64,000 nt of DNA from Verrucomicrobiales bacterium (GCA_028281705.1 JANQJH010000454.1:23385-87384), one strand, 5' to 3'. Positions 27,756 through 37,195 are shown, counted from the stretch's first letter. Translations and numbers: made by a program. Notes: generated by a model from the letters alone, not told the origin.

Positions 27756-28784
27756 TCATGGGTGATCCGTGATGCTCGACTCGCCGATGGCTTGATCGAT
27801 GGCCTTGATGAGCACGGGATCGTCGTTGCTCTCGGCCTGGGCGCGAAGATGCTCTAATCTCTGGAGGTAGCGCTGGCGGATGGGTTGCAGGCGGCGTTGG
27901 AGGGCGACGACAAAGGAGCGGCGAATTTCGCGGAGAGGCGTGAGGGCAGGAGAGTCGGAAGGGGATGCCGGCCGGGCCAGGGGATAGAGGCGGATCTCTT
28001 TGAGGTGCATGAGACCGAGCGCCTGGACTTCGACGACATCGAGCTGGAGGGTGAGGTTGGCGGCATTGAGTTCGATCTCGCCCAGCAAGGCCTCACGGTC
28101 GGTGTTCCAATCCTTGGTGGGCAACACCTGGTGGGTGAGAAGCTGGTCGTTGCTTCCGATGAGATTGCTTTGTTCTCCCAAGGTGAACTGTCCGCCGGCA
28201 CGCTCGCGAATCTTGAGGCCGTTCGGTCCCACGGATTCCTCGACCTTGCTCGAGCAGGCGTAGGTGGCGACCACTTGATAGTGGCCGGGCTTGATCCCGC
28301 GAAGCTTCCAGGAGGCGTTGCTCTTTGACGTGCGCCAACGCTGCAGAGCGCTGCTCTTCAGGGTGACGGAACCATAGAGTGCCGCCTCTCGCGGTTTGAG
28401 AACGATCGCACTGTCCTTGCCCTGGCGTGCACTTGCCGGATCGGCTCTCACACTGTCTTCCAGGATCCTGAGTCGCTCATCGCGCATGCGGATGGCCATG
28501 CCATAGTTGCCCTCGGCGGCGGCCTGGCGTTCGAATTTCTCGAGGCGTTGGACGAAGTAGTCGTTGGCGCTGGAGGTTGCCCGGGCCCGTTCGCGTGCGA
28601 AGGCGCGTCGATCTTCACTCAGCTGGCCGGAGAGGATTTGTAGCTCCCGCTCCTTTTCTTCCTTGGTTAGTCCATTTTGACCGCCGGCTGACACCAGGCC
28701 GACCAAGGCGAGAAGGGCACATCGCAGCACTGCCGGCCAGATGATACGGCCTCCGTGTGACAGAATGTGAGGGTTACGGCGCAT
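27756..28784 (-). CDS. Secreted/anchored hypothetical protein (paralog of the upstream gene)
   Basis: 342 aa with an N-terminal hydrophobic segment AVLRCALLALVGLVSAG. It shares blocks with the neighbouring 238-aa ORF (details in the finding at 27756..29490). No named domain recognised. Confidence 0.6.
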   Translation of the reverse strand: MRRNPHILSHGGRIIWPAVLRCALLALVGLVSAGGQNGLTKEEKERELQILSGQLSEDRRAFARERARATSSANDYFVQRLEKFERQAAAEGNYGMAIRMRDERLRILEDSVRADPASARQGKDSAIVLKPREAALYGSVTLKSSALQRWRTSKSNASWKLRGIKPGHYQVVATYACSSKVEESVGPNGLKIRERAGGQFTLGEQSNLIGSNDQLLTHQVLPTKDWNTDREALLGEIELNAANLTLQLDVVEVQALGLMHLKEIRLYPLARPASPSDSPALTPLREIRRSFVVALQRRLQPIRQRYLQRLEHLRAQAESNDDPVLIKAIDQAIGESSITDHP

Positions 28785-29448
28785 GAGAAATCAGGATGAT
28801 GTGTTTGATTTCAGTCAGGCCGCTGGAGAGGTCGTCATCCTCCAGGGTGAGAGTCAATGTGGGAGAATCGCGGATGATGCGGAGATCGCCCAGGGACGAC
28901 TGGGCATCTTTGTTCTCCCCCGCGGCCTCCGCCAGTGATCCGGAGACGTGGTAGTGAGAGGCGGCGAGCTTGAAGGAAACGGGCCGGGAATTCTTGCGAT
29001 GGACGATCTCCACCCGGTAGCCGCCCTGGGGGATAGCGGGCAACTTCCAGGCCGCGGTGGAACCGGGTTTCCAGCCGCTCAAGGTCTGCGTCAGCCTGTT
29101 TGTCAGGGTGAGATCGCGACTCAGGGTGGCTTCGCCGGGAAGCAGGATCAGTCGGAGAGGTGCCTTGGCCTTGGGACCCAGTTGGGTTCGAATGCGGTCG
29201 CCTTCCTCCTGATAGGCCTGTGCGGCTTCGTAGTGGCCCGCCTTGGCCGCCTTAAGTTCCAAGCCTTGCAGTCGCTCGAGATAGAGGCGACGCATCGAGG
29301 TCGAGACGAGGTCTGTTTGCCTGCGAAAGGTCTTCTGCGTGCGCTCCAGAGTGTTCGCCAGGGCACTGGCTTCCTGCGCCCTCGCGAAGGTGAGGCCGAG
29401 AGAGACGAGCATGACGAACGCGAAGACAGCGCGGTGGAAGGTGGGCAT
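28774..29448 (-). CDS. Secreted hypothetical protein (shorter paralog)
   Basis: The start is most plausibly the ATG at 29448, which gives the signal peptide MPTFHRAVFAFVMLVSLGLTFARA; the ORF track extends to 29490. It overlaps the downstream paralog by 11 bp. Confidence 0.6.
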   Translation of the reverse strand: MPTFHRAVFAFVMLVSLGLTFARAQEASALANTLERTQKTFRRQTDLVSTSMRRLYLERLQGLELKAAKAGHYEAAQAYQEEGDRIRTQLGPKAKAPLRLILLPGEATLSRDLTLTNRLTQTLSGWKPGSTAAWKLPAIPQGGYRVEIVHRKNSRPVSFKLAASHYHVSGSLAEAAGENKDAQSSLGDLRIIRDSPTLTLTLEDDDLSSGLTEIKHIILISHAP

Positions 29449-30084
29449 GAGCGAGTCTATCCCGGGAGAATACAGGAATCCAATTGGCACGCAACAACAG
29501 TACTGGCGGATGGAGGGTGAGGACGGATGAAGGGACGCGCTTCCTCGCCTATGGAGGCGCTTCTCAATGGGGCATCATCGGCACGGCGACACTCGCTGGA
29601 GTCGCCACCGTTCATAGACGCCGGGAGAACTTGGCGTGTCGTGATTGGTGCTCGGGGTAGAGGCGTAGAATGGGGGCGCGACCGGTGTGCCGATGCCGGC
29701 GGTCGCCGTGGGAAACGCGGTCTCGGTAGTTGGCTGGTTCGGACTATCTTGAGTGCGGGCATCCAATTGATCAAAGACTCACCGATACACAAGGCGCGTG
29801 GGTGGCGCCGGATGACAGTTTTTGAATCGCCCGATTCGTTAGGCAGTCAGCTGAGAAGTTGTGGAAAGATGAGACTTTGCAAGATGTGCTTGCGGCCTGC
29901 GATCAAGGCTGCATGTTGATTTGCAAGCACTCACTTGGAATTGGCGCTTTCCGCCATCACGGCGTTGACCCGGTGGTTCTGGCAGGCCGCCGGTTTCCGT
30001 CTCGCATTAAATGGCTCGATGGAGAGGTGGCACTGCGTAAAGCTAACTAATCAACTGTGCCCGAAACTGGGTTTTTAAAATGTT

Positions 30085-30618
30085 ATGTCAGAGTTAACAA
30101 CGTCCAATATAGCTGCCGGTGTGTTCCAACGGCGCAGGTCCAGAAAGACATTGAGGGAGAGAGATGATTTCGCTCGATTCGGTTTCGCCGAGTTGACGTC
30201 TGAGTATCTCAACACTGGCTGGCGGGAGGAATCGTTTGAGATGACTGATTTCGTCTGTGAGGGAGGGGGTGCCTATGTGTTTACCTTGTTTGTCCGGGAG
30301 GCTCCGCTCGATAGCACGGGAGGTTATCACTTATCTGCACTGCAAGTGTTTCGCTGGCTGCAGCAGATGGCGATTATCATCATCGGTATCGATACGGGTG
30401 CGACCAAGGGAGAGTTGGGAGAAGTGTATCTCAGCCGGTTCGAGATCAAATGCCGTAAGGGTGTGAGAGAGCGGCACGTCCCCTTCAAGATTCAGCAGGT
30501 GGGCAAGCGGTCGGTACGGAACACACTTTTCTACAACGGCGAGTTCGATGTTGGCGACGGATGCTTTAGCGGCCGGGTTGCTGCTGTGGTTGCCGATCCG
30601 GGACGGGAGCAGCCATGA
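30085..30618 (+). CDS. Hypothetical protein, possibly hotdog-fold
   Basis: 177 aa with lower GC than the flanks. A long central amphipathic helix (HLSALQVFRWLQQMAIIIIG) is followed by four or five strand-like segments, which is compatible with a hotdog fold. This is inference only, with no motif-level support. The gene overlaps the next gene by 4 bp (ATGA). Confidence 0.5.
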   Translation: MSELTTSNIAAGVFQRRRSRKTLRERDDFARFGFAELTSEYLNTGWREESFEMTDFVCEGGGAYVFTLFVREAPLDSTGGYHLSALQVFRWLQQMAIIIIGIDTGATKGELGEVYLSRFEIKCRKGVRERHVPFKIQQVGKRSVRNTLFYNGEFDVGDGCFSGRVAAVVADPGREQP

Positions 30619-31580
30619 GACGAAGCGATTGCGATCAAACCGTTCGCATCTTTGATCGTCGCCTGGGGAGCGTTTGCGAGGAGAATGTCTACCGGGGCAG
30701 AGCCATGCGCTGGTTATACGGCACACGTATCGGGTTCATCGCCTCGGAATTTGCAGCGATGACGGGCACGGTTAACCGTGCTTTTGGTGCCTGGTACCGG
30801 CGGGACGGGAGCCGCGCTGTCATCGAGTCGTTCGTCAAAGAACACGACATTGATCTCTCTGAAGCCTCCCAGCCCCTCGAGGCCTATCGTGATTTCAATG
30901 CCTTCTTTGAGCGTCGCCTGAAAGCCGAAGCGCGACCGGTCGATCATGCGCCCGAGAGCCTGATCGCTGCGGCCGACGCGCGTCTCATGGCCTACGAGAT
31001 TTCTGACAAACTGGTGATCCCCGTCAAGGGACGCGCATTTTCCATCAGAGGTTTGACCGGTGGTCTGGCCATGGATTTGCTAGGCCCCAGCGGAACGTGT
31101 CTGGTACTGCGATTGGCCCCGGCTGACTATCATCGCTTCCATTACATTGACGCGGGTGAGCAGGTTGTGCTCGGCCGTCTTGGCGGCTTGTGGCGTGCGG
31201 TGTCGCCCCTGTCGCTTGCCTGGCAACGTCCGGTCTTCGAACAGAACCGCCGCGATGTGACCCTCGTCCGCACCGCGAACTTTGGTCCCATGGTGCAAAT
31301 TGAAGTGGGGGCGTTGATGGTGGGCCAAGTGAATCAATCGCTCCCGGATTGCTGTCGGGTGTCGCGCGGCGGCGAGAAAGGATGGTTTTCCATCGGGGCT
31401 TCAACCATCGTGCAGCTCTTCTCCGAGCGCGCCGTTCGAATCGATGCCGACATCTGGCAAAAGAGTAAGGATGGGATCGAGACCAGAGTTCGATTCGGCG
31501 AGAAGATTGGCTGCAAGGGTAGTGGTCACACGTGTGGCAGGAACGCCAATTCGCTTGCAATGGCGATTGAAGGCCATTAG
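30615..31580 (+). CDS. Phosphatidylserine decarboxylase (PSD) family protein, non-canonical
   Basis: It contains LAPADYHRFHY (compare PSD LSPxDYHRxH) and GWFSIGASTIVQLF at the place of the LGST self-cleavage motif. No obvious N-terminal membrane anchor. Confidence 0.7.
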   Translation: MRRSDCDQTVRIFDRRLGSVCEENVYRGRAMRWLYGTRIGFIASEFAAMTGTVNRAFGAWYRRDGSRAVIESFVKEHDIDLSEASQPLEAYRDFNAFFERRLKAEARPVDHAPESLIAAADARLMAYEISDKLVIPVKGRAFSIRGLTGGLAMDLLGPSGTCLVLRLAPADYHRFHYIDAGEQVVLGRLGGLWRAVSPLSLAWQRPVFEQNRRDVTLVRTANFGPMVQIEVGALMVGQVNQSLPDCCRVSRGGEKGWFSIGASTIVQLFSERAVRIDADIWQKSKDGIETRVRFGEKIGCKGSGHTCGRNANSLAMAIEGH

Positions 31581-32947
31581 TGGCCGGACTCCTTATCGAA
31601 GCTTCAACCACCTTTCCACCACGCGTGCCACCGTCCCCACAGCCAAGCAAGAAGAACCCGTTCATCGAGAGTGACAAACGCCACGTCTGGCATCCCTTCA
31701 CGCCCATGCGGGACTGGGTGGCCCCCGAGCATGACCCCCTCGTGCTTGTCCGTGGCGAAGGTGCCTATCTGATGGACGCTCAGGGGAATCGCTACCTCGA
31801 TGGCAACGCCTCGATTTGGACGAACATCCACGGGCACGGCCGGGCCGAGATCGTGAGCGCCATCCAGGAACAGGCTGCCAAGCTGGCGCACGCATCCATG
31901 CTGGGGTTTACCAACGAACCGGCAGCGGCGCTGGCCGAAGCCCTGACGGGTTGTTTCCCGCCGGAGACCTTGACCAAGGTCTTCTACACGGACGACGGCT
32001 CCACCGCGATCGAATGCGCGCTTCGGATGGCGCTTCAGTATTGGCAGATGGAGGGCGAGGGAGGGCGCACGCGATTTCTCGCCTTCGACCGGGCTTATCA
32101 TGGAGACACCTTGGGAGCGGCTTCTCTCGGCGGGATCCCGACTTTTCATGGGCGCTTGGGGAACCTCGGGGTGCCTGTGGTTCAGGCGACCGGGATGGAG
32201 GCCCTCCACGCACTTTCGTCGGGCGAGGTCAAGCAGTTGGCCGGAGTCGTCATCGAGCCTCTGATCCAGGGCGCCGCCGGGATACGGCTCTGGCCTCCGG
32301 GGATGTTGGGTGAGTTGCGCGATTGGTGCCACCGTCACGATGTGTTTCTCATCCTTGACGAAGTCATGACGGGTTTTGGGCGGACGGGGAAGCTGTTCGC
32401 CTGTGAACACGAGGACGTGGTGCCCGATTTCATCGCCTTGGCCAAAGGATTGACGGGTGGCACCCTTCCCCTGGCTGCCACCCTGACCACGAAACGCGTC
32501 TTTGACGCTTTCCTCGGTGATCCCGCAGAGCACCGCACCTTCTACTACGGGCACAGTTATTGTGGGAATCCCCTGGGATGCGCCGCTGCGCTGGCGAATT
32601 TAGCGGTCTTTGAGAAGGATCGCGTGATCGAGGAGGTGCTGCCGGAAACGATCGCCCATTTGAAAGGGCGCCTCGAGGAATGGGCCGGTGAAGATAGGCG
32701 CGTGCGGGAGGTGCGGCAGTGTGGTCTCATCGCCGGCGTCGAGATCGGGGATGGTTCCGGGGCCGTGCTGGATGCGGCGAATCGAACCGGCGCCCGCATC
32801 TGTCTCGCGGCTCGCAAGCACGGCCTGCTGACCCGGCCGATTAACGATACCCTCGTTCTCATGCCCCCGCTCTGTATCACGGCGGCGCAGTTGGATGACG
32901 CCGTGGGGGCGTTGCGGAAGGCGTTGGACGAGGTCGTTACGGACTGA
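31580..32947 (+). CDS. bioA: Adenosylmethionine-8-amino-7-oxononanoate aminotransferase (class III PLP)
   Basis: Colinear with E. coli BioA: RHVWHPFTPM, ALRMALQYWQ, RFLAFDRAYHGDTLGA, VIEPLIQGAAG, ILDEVMTGFGRTGKLFACEHEDVVPD, LAKGLTGGTLPLAATLTT, GHSYCGNPLGCAAALANL. The GTG start overlaps the upstream TAG by 1 nt. Confidence 0.8.
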   Translation: MAGLLIEASTTFPPRVPPSPQPSKKNPFIESDKRHVWHPFTPMRDWVAPEHDPLVLVRGEGAYLMDAQGNRYLDGNASIWTNIHGHGRAEIVSAIQEQAAKLAHASMLGFTNEPAAALAEALTGCFPPETLTKVFYTDDGSTAIECALRMALQYWQMEGEGGRTRFLAFDRAYHGDTLGAASLGGIPTFHGRLGNLGVPVVQATGMEALHALSSGEVKQLAGVVIEPLIQGAAGIRLWPPGMLGELRDWCHRHDVFLILDEVMTGFGRTGKLFACEHEDVVPDFIALAKGLTGGTLPLAATLTTKRVFDAFLGDPAEHRTFYYGHSYCGNPLGCAAALANLAVFEKDRVIEEVLPETIAHLKGRLEEWAGEDRRVREVRQCGLIAGVEIGDGSGAVLDAANRTGARICLAARKHGLLTRPINDTLVLMPPLCITAAQLDDAVGALRKALDEVVTD

Positions 32948-33127
32948 GTTGCCCGATCATGTGAGTCCATCGTGTAGAGGACGAGGACTCAGGTCGGCAC
33001 CTCGGAGGCGGCCGAACTTGGCGCTAGAACGTGCCAAGACAAGGAAAGGGTCCTAAGTTCATTCGTGCTTCCCATTATAATGGATACCTGCTGTACTCGC
33101 CGCCGGTTGTCACGACCCGATTGTCAC

Positions 33128-36100
33128 ATGAAAACCCTTGTCATCCCCTCCACGCTACCCATCACGACCGTCCTCGCCGTCGTCTCTCTCCTCCCCTGTG
33201 CAGAGTCCAGCCGTGCCGATGTCGTCATCAATGAAATCGGCGCCGCCAGTAGCGAGCGTCTTCTCAAGGCCCATCCCGATGGGCGGCCCCGGCTAGGCTG
33301 GGGGCCGAGCTGGAGCGAGTTCGAGTTCGACGATTCGGATTGGAAGACGGGGACGGCTCCGTTTGGCTATGGGAACGAAGGCGTGGCCACGGATCTCGAG
33401 GAAGAAATGGATGGCCGTACGCCCTCGCTCTATTTGCGCCAAACCTTCACCGTCTCGGCCGAGGATGCGGCCAGGGAAGAGCCCTTCCGACTTTCGGCGA
33501 CGGCGGACAGCGGCTTTGTCGCCTTCATCAACGGTCACGAGATCGCACGGGGAAATCTCGGGAGACGCAACGGGTTCGTCTATCACGATCAGTCGACCTT
33601 CTCGAGCTATGACGACGATGAGAAGAACCGTTACGACTCCGTTGTCTTGGCCAGTGAAGCTCTGCGGGAGGGGGAGAACATCTTTGCGGTACAGGTGCAG
33701 AACAGCGTGCCCAAGCAGATCAATGAGCGGCAGCGTGGCAGCGACAACACGCTTAAGTTCGAGGGAGACCTGGTCTTGGGGCTGGGCATTTTCGCCGGCG
33801 GGTCGAACATCAAGATGGAAGTTCCCAATGAGGGCTGGCGTTACCGGGTGGGCTACACCGAGCCCTCGGGCGGCCTCGTCGATTGGGCCCACGCGGCCAA
33901 CCCCGAGGTGGAAGCGGATTTTTCGGATTGGATCGAGCTGCACAACAATGGAGACGCCGACGTCGATCTCACCGGTTGGAGCCTGACCGATGATTCCGAT
34001 GTTCCTGACATGTGGACCTTTCCCGAGGGCACGGTGATTCCCGCGGGCGGCTATCTCGTCGTCATGGCGGATGGCATCACCACGGTGCCGGGCGACTATC
34101 TCCACGCCAGCTTCAGCCTGGCGGCGACGGGTGAATTTGTCGGTTTGGCAGACAGTTCCGGTGCCTTTGTCAGTCAGTTGGAAGATGGTTATCCCAACCA
34201 GAATCCGTTTCACTCCTATGGCCGTAGCGCTGGAGGTGAAGACGTCTTCGTCTACTTTTCCGAGCCCAGTCCCGGGGCGGCCAACGGTGGGGAAGAACTG
34301 GTGGATCGCGTGCGAAAACCCAAGTTCGAGCCGCGCGGCGGTGTCTATGATGAGACCGTGGAAGTGACCCTGACAAGTAGCACGGAGGACGCCGTCATCC
34401 GCTACACCCTGGATGGCAGCGAGCCCACGGAATTTAACGGGATGGTCTACGAGGGGGCGATCGTGGTCGAGGCCATCGAGGGCGGGAAAACTGGCACACC
34501 TGTGAGGGCGCGGGCCTTCAAGGATGGTCATGTATCCTCTGGCGACGCCGCGCAAACCTACCTTGTGGGGGTGGACGAGGCGTTCAAGACCCTTCCATCC
34601 ATGAGTTTGATCTCCGATGCGGGCTACGCCTTCTACGAGCCCCACGGCGTCATGACGGTCGAGGGCGGATCGGGAGTGGGTGATGATTGGCGATCCACGG
34701 ACGTGCAGGACTACTACATGCCGGACATGCATGGCCGTCCCTTCGAGCGGCGGGTATCCATGGAAATGATTTATCCTGACGATAACACCAACGTGCAGAT
34801 CGAGTCCGGTCTCCGCTTGGCTGCCAGTGCCTGGTCCCGCGGGCGGTTCCGTTTGGCGCAGACGGACCGCAGTCCTTGGCCCAGCGCTGCGGCGGAGAAG
34901 CCCTCTTTCAACATGTTCTTCCGTGGGGACTACGGCGACGACACCTTGAACTTTCCACTGGTGGAGAACTACCCGGTGCGGGACTTCCGCCAGCTGCGTC
35001 TGCGGGCGGGCAAGAACGACATCGGGCGAACCTGGATCACCGATGAATTATCCCGCCGCCTCATGTTCGATACGGGTCAGTTAGGTTCCGTCGGCGTGCA
35101 AAATGCGCTCTGGGTCAACGGCGTCTACAAAGGCTATTTCAACACCGTCTCCCGCCTGCGCGAGGAGCTCTTCCAGGATCTCTATGGCAACAGCGATCCC
35201 TGGCAGGTCAAGCATATCGATGTCTGGGCCGATGGGACTCCCTTCCCCGAAGATCCCTTGAAGGACACGCCGGAGTGGGATCATCTGGAGGCGCTTTTGG
35301 ACGAAGATCTGGCCGTGCTGGAGAACTACGAGGCGGTTCTGGAAGAACTCGACCCGGTCAACTTTGCGGACTACTTCATCGTCAATATCTACGGTGCCAC
35401 GTGGGATTGGCCGCACAATAATTTGGTCATTGCTAGGGCTCTCTCCGAGGAAGGGCGATGGCGGGCCTACATGTGGGATGCCGAAGGGATGTTCGGGGTC
35501 GCCGGCGGTCATGGGCTGACCTACAACTCCATCCGCTCCGACCTGAAGAACAAGAGTGGCTCGACGCCTAGTGACGACTTGGCCACGGTGTGGAACGGCC
35601 TCATGAAGAGCCCGGAATGGCGCCTCTTGTTTGCCGATCGGCTGCAGAAGCACTTCTTCACGCCCGGCGGAGCCCTCACCAAGGAAAACATGACGCGTCG
35701 CTTGAATGAGCTGAGCGACGAGATTGATCCCCTGATGCGATTCAGCGCCGGTGGCGGGAACCAGACGACGGCGATCGAGAACTGGATCGATCGGCGGGAG
35801 GACGTCCTCTTCAAGTCGGCCAAGCAGTTCGAAGATGAGGGTCTTTGGGGAGACGTGCAGGTCCCGGTCTTTTCTCCTAACGGAGGCGGCATCGAGTCCG
35901 GCACTGTGGTCTCGGTTCGGGTGGGCAGCATTTTCTCGCCTCAGAAGGGAGACATTTTCTACACCACGGACGGAAGCGATCCGCGTCTGCCCGGCGGGGC
36001 TCCCAACCCCAACGCCATTCTCTACGATCGCGACGCCGATCCGGGAATTGTCATCGACACGTCGACAACGCTGAAGACGCGCGTCCGCCAAACCACTCTC

Positions 36101-37123
36101 TTCGAGCCCGCCGGCAAATGGAGTGCTATTCAAGAAGCCAGTTACCGCGTGGGTCTCGAGCCGGCGACGAGTGACAACATTCTCATCACCGAGCTCATGG
36201 TGGATCCCGAAAACCCGAATGAGGCGGAGGAAGCCGCCGAGTTTTCCACGTCGAACTTCGAGTACATCGAGTTCCACAACCCCACCGATGTGGCCGTCGA
36301 TCTCGGGGAACTGCGATTCACGGCGGGCATCGACTACATTTTCGCCGAGGGTGACGTGACCACGCTGGGGCCCAAGGCCTATGGCGTTATTGTGAATGAC
36401 CGCGCGGCCTTCGCCATGCGCAATGGGGAAGGGCTTCCCGTTCTCGGCGAGTACAACAAGAAGCTGAGAAACGGCGGCGAGCATCTCGAGATCTCCGATG
36501 GCAGTTATGAGCCCATTGTCAGTGTGACCTATAGCAATGACCCGCCCTGGCCGGAGAACATCAGCGGTGAGGGGCATTCCCTGGTGCGGAGCAATCTCGC
36601 GCCCGATGCCGATGCCAACGATCCGGAGAACTGGGCCGCGAGTGCTGAGAAGGGAGGATCCCCCGGTCGTGCCGAGGGTGCGGCGCCGCCTGATCCCCAG
36701 CCTTCTGGTGGCTATGATGACTGGAAGGTGGCGCAGTTTTCCGCGGATGCCCTGGCCGACGAGAGCATTTCCGGCCTCACGGCTGATCCGGACAAGGACG
36801 GCTCGAGCAACCTTGTGGAGTTCGCCTTTGGTACCGCGCCGATGGATGCCCAGTCGACCATCGCGATGGAAGCCGCCATCGAGGCTCTCGACGTCGATGG
36901 CGCGCTCGATGATTATCTCACGCTCAAAGTCACTCAGCGGATGGAGGGTGTGGATTACACCCTGGAGCGATCGACCGATCTGAGCGCTTGGCAGCCGGCC
37001 GACGATGTCGTGGAAATCGATGCGCAGGCTGCCGGTGACGGACTGAGAACGGTGACGGTTCGCACGTCGGCAAGCGCTGATGGTGCAGCTTATGTCCGCT
37101 GGCGTGTCGAACTCGCGGAGTAA
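33128..37123 (+). CDS. Giant secreted protein with lamin-tail domains, a CotH-like region and chitobiase/Fn3-associated domains
   Basis: Start at the ATG at 33128, giving a signal peptide (MKTLVIPSTLPITTVLAVVSLLPCA). LTD-like segments are VVINEIGAAS and FSDWIELHNNGDADVDLTGWSLTDD, with a second copy ILITELMVDP...EYIEFHNPTDVAVDLGELRF. The CotH-like core is NALWVNGVYKGYFNTVSRLREE. VIRYTLDGSEPT and IFYTTDGSDPRLP are typical of CHB_HEX_C-like domains. Confidence 0.65.
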   Translation: MKTLVIPSTLPITTVLAVVSLLPCAESSRADVVINEIGAASSERLLKAHPDGRPRLGWGPSWSEFEFDDSDWKTGTAPFGYGNEGVATDLEEEMDGRTPSLYLRQTFTVSAEDAAREEPFRLSATADSGFVAFINGHEIARGNLGRRNGFVYHDQSTFSSYDDDEKNRYDSVVLASEALREGENIFAVQVQNSVPKQINERQRGSDNTLKFEGDLVLGLGIFAGGSNIKMEVPNEGWRYRVGYTEPSGGLVDWAHAANPEVEADFSDWIELHNNGDADVDLTGWSLTDDSDVPDMWTFPEGTVIPAGGYLVVMADGITTVPGDYLHASFSLAATGEFVGLADSSGAFVSQLEDGYPNQNPFHSYGRSAGGEDVFVYFSEPSPGAANGGEELVDRVRKPKFEPRGGVYDETVEVTLTSSTEDAVIRYTLDGSEPTEFNGMVYEGAIVVEAIEGGKTGTPVRARAFKDGHVSSGDAAQTYLVGVDEAFKTLPSMSLISDAGYAFYEPHGVMTVEGGSGVGDDWRSTDVQDYYMPDMHGRPFERRVSMEMIYPDDNTNVQIESGLRLAASAWSRGRFRLAQTDRSPWPSAAAEKPSFNMFFRGDYGDDTLNFPLVENYPVRDFRQLRLRAGKNDIGRTWITDELSRRLMFDTGQLGSVGVQNALWVNGVYKGYFNTVSRLREELFQDLYGNSDPWQVKHIDVWADGTPFPEDPLKDTPEWDHLEALLDEDLAVLENYEAVLEELDPVNFADYFIVNIYGATWDWPHNNLVIARALSEEGRWRAYMWDAEGMFGVAGGHGLTYNSIRSDLKNKSGSTPSDDLATVWNGLMKSPEWRLLFADRLQKHFFTPGGALTKENMTRRLNELSDEIDPLMRFSAGGGNQTTAIENWIDRREDVLFKSAKQFEDEGLWGDVQVPVFSPNGGGIESGTVVSVRVGSIFSPQKGDIFYTTDGSDPRLPGGAPNPNAILYDRDADPGIVIDTSTTLKTRVRQTTLFEPAGKWSAIQEASYRVGLEPATSDNILITELMVDPENPNEAEEAAEFSTSNFEYIEFHNPTDVAVDLGELRFTAGIDYIFAEGDVTTLGPKAYGVIVNDRAAFAMRNGEGLPVLGEYNKKLRNGGEHLEISDGSYEPIVSVTYSNDPPWPENISGEGHSLVRSNLAPDADANDPENWAASAEKGGSPGRAEGAAPPDPQPSGGYDDWKVAQFSADALADESISGLTADPDKDGSSNLVEFAFGTAPMDAQSTIAMEAAIEALDVDGALDDYLTLKVTQRMEGVDYTLERSTDLSAWQPADDVVEIDAQAAGDGLRTVTVRTSASADGAAYVRWRVELAE

Positions 37124-37195
37124 AACTAACTCTCCCAAAAACTTACAACTCCGGCTTAAACTCGATCGTTCGGTACGTTGTCGGACCTTCGTCGG

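Noticed and set aside
28740-28785. Apparent one-base discrepancy between my manual base indexing and the ORF-track coordinates around the 27756..28784 / 28774..29490 junction (possible frameshift)
   Set aside because: The ORF track translations are continuous and their lengths are multiples of three. The discrepancy is most likely my own counting error on one line, so no frameshift or pseudogene is claimed.
29457-29919. ORFs 29527..29919 (+) and 29457..29792 (-) in the long intergenic gap
   Set aside because: Their Arg/Pro/Ser-rich composition and mutual overlap argue against them, and I recognise no motif or plausible start context. They are kept only as part of the non-coding gap finding.
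31045-31707. 220-aa ORF antisense to the PSD-like/bioA junction
   Set aside because: Arg/Ser/Pro-rich shadow ORF; both sense genes have strong family motifs.
33293-37138. Two long antisense ORFs (33293..34732 and 35081..37138) opposite the LTD/CotH gene
   Set aside because: They are shadow ORFs in GC-rich DNA. The sense strand encodes recognisable LTD, CotH-like and CHB_HEX_C-like segments along its whole length.
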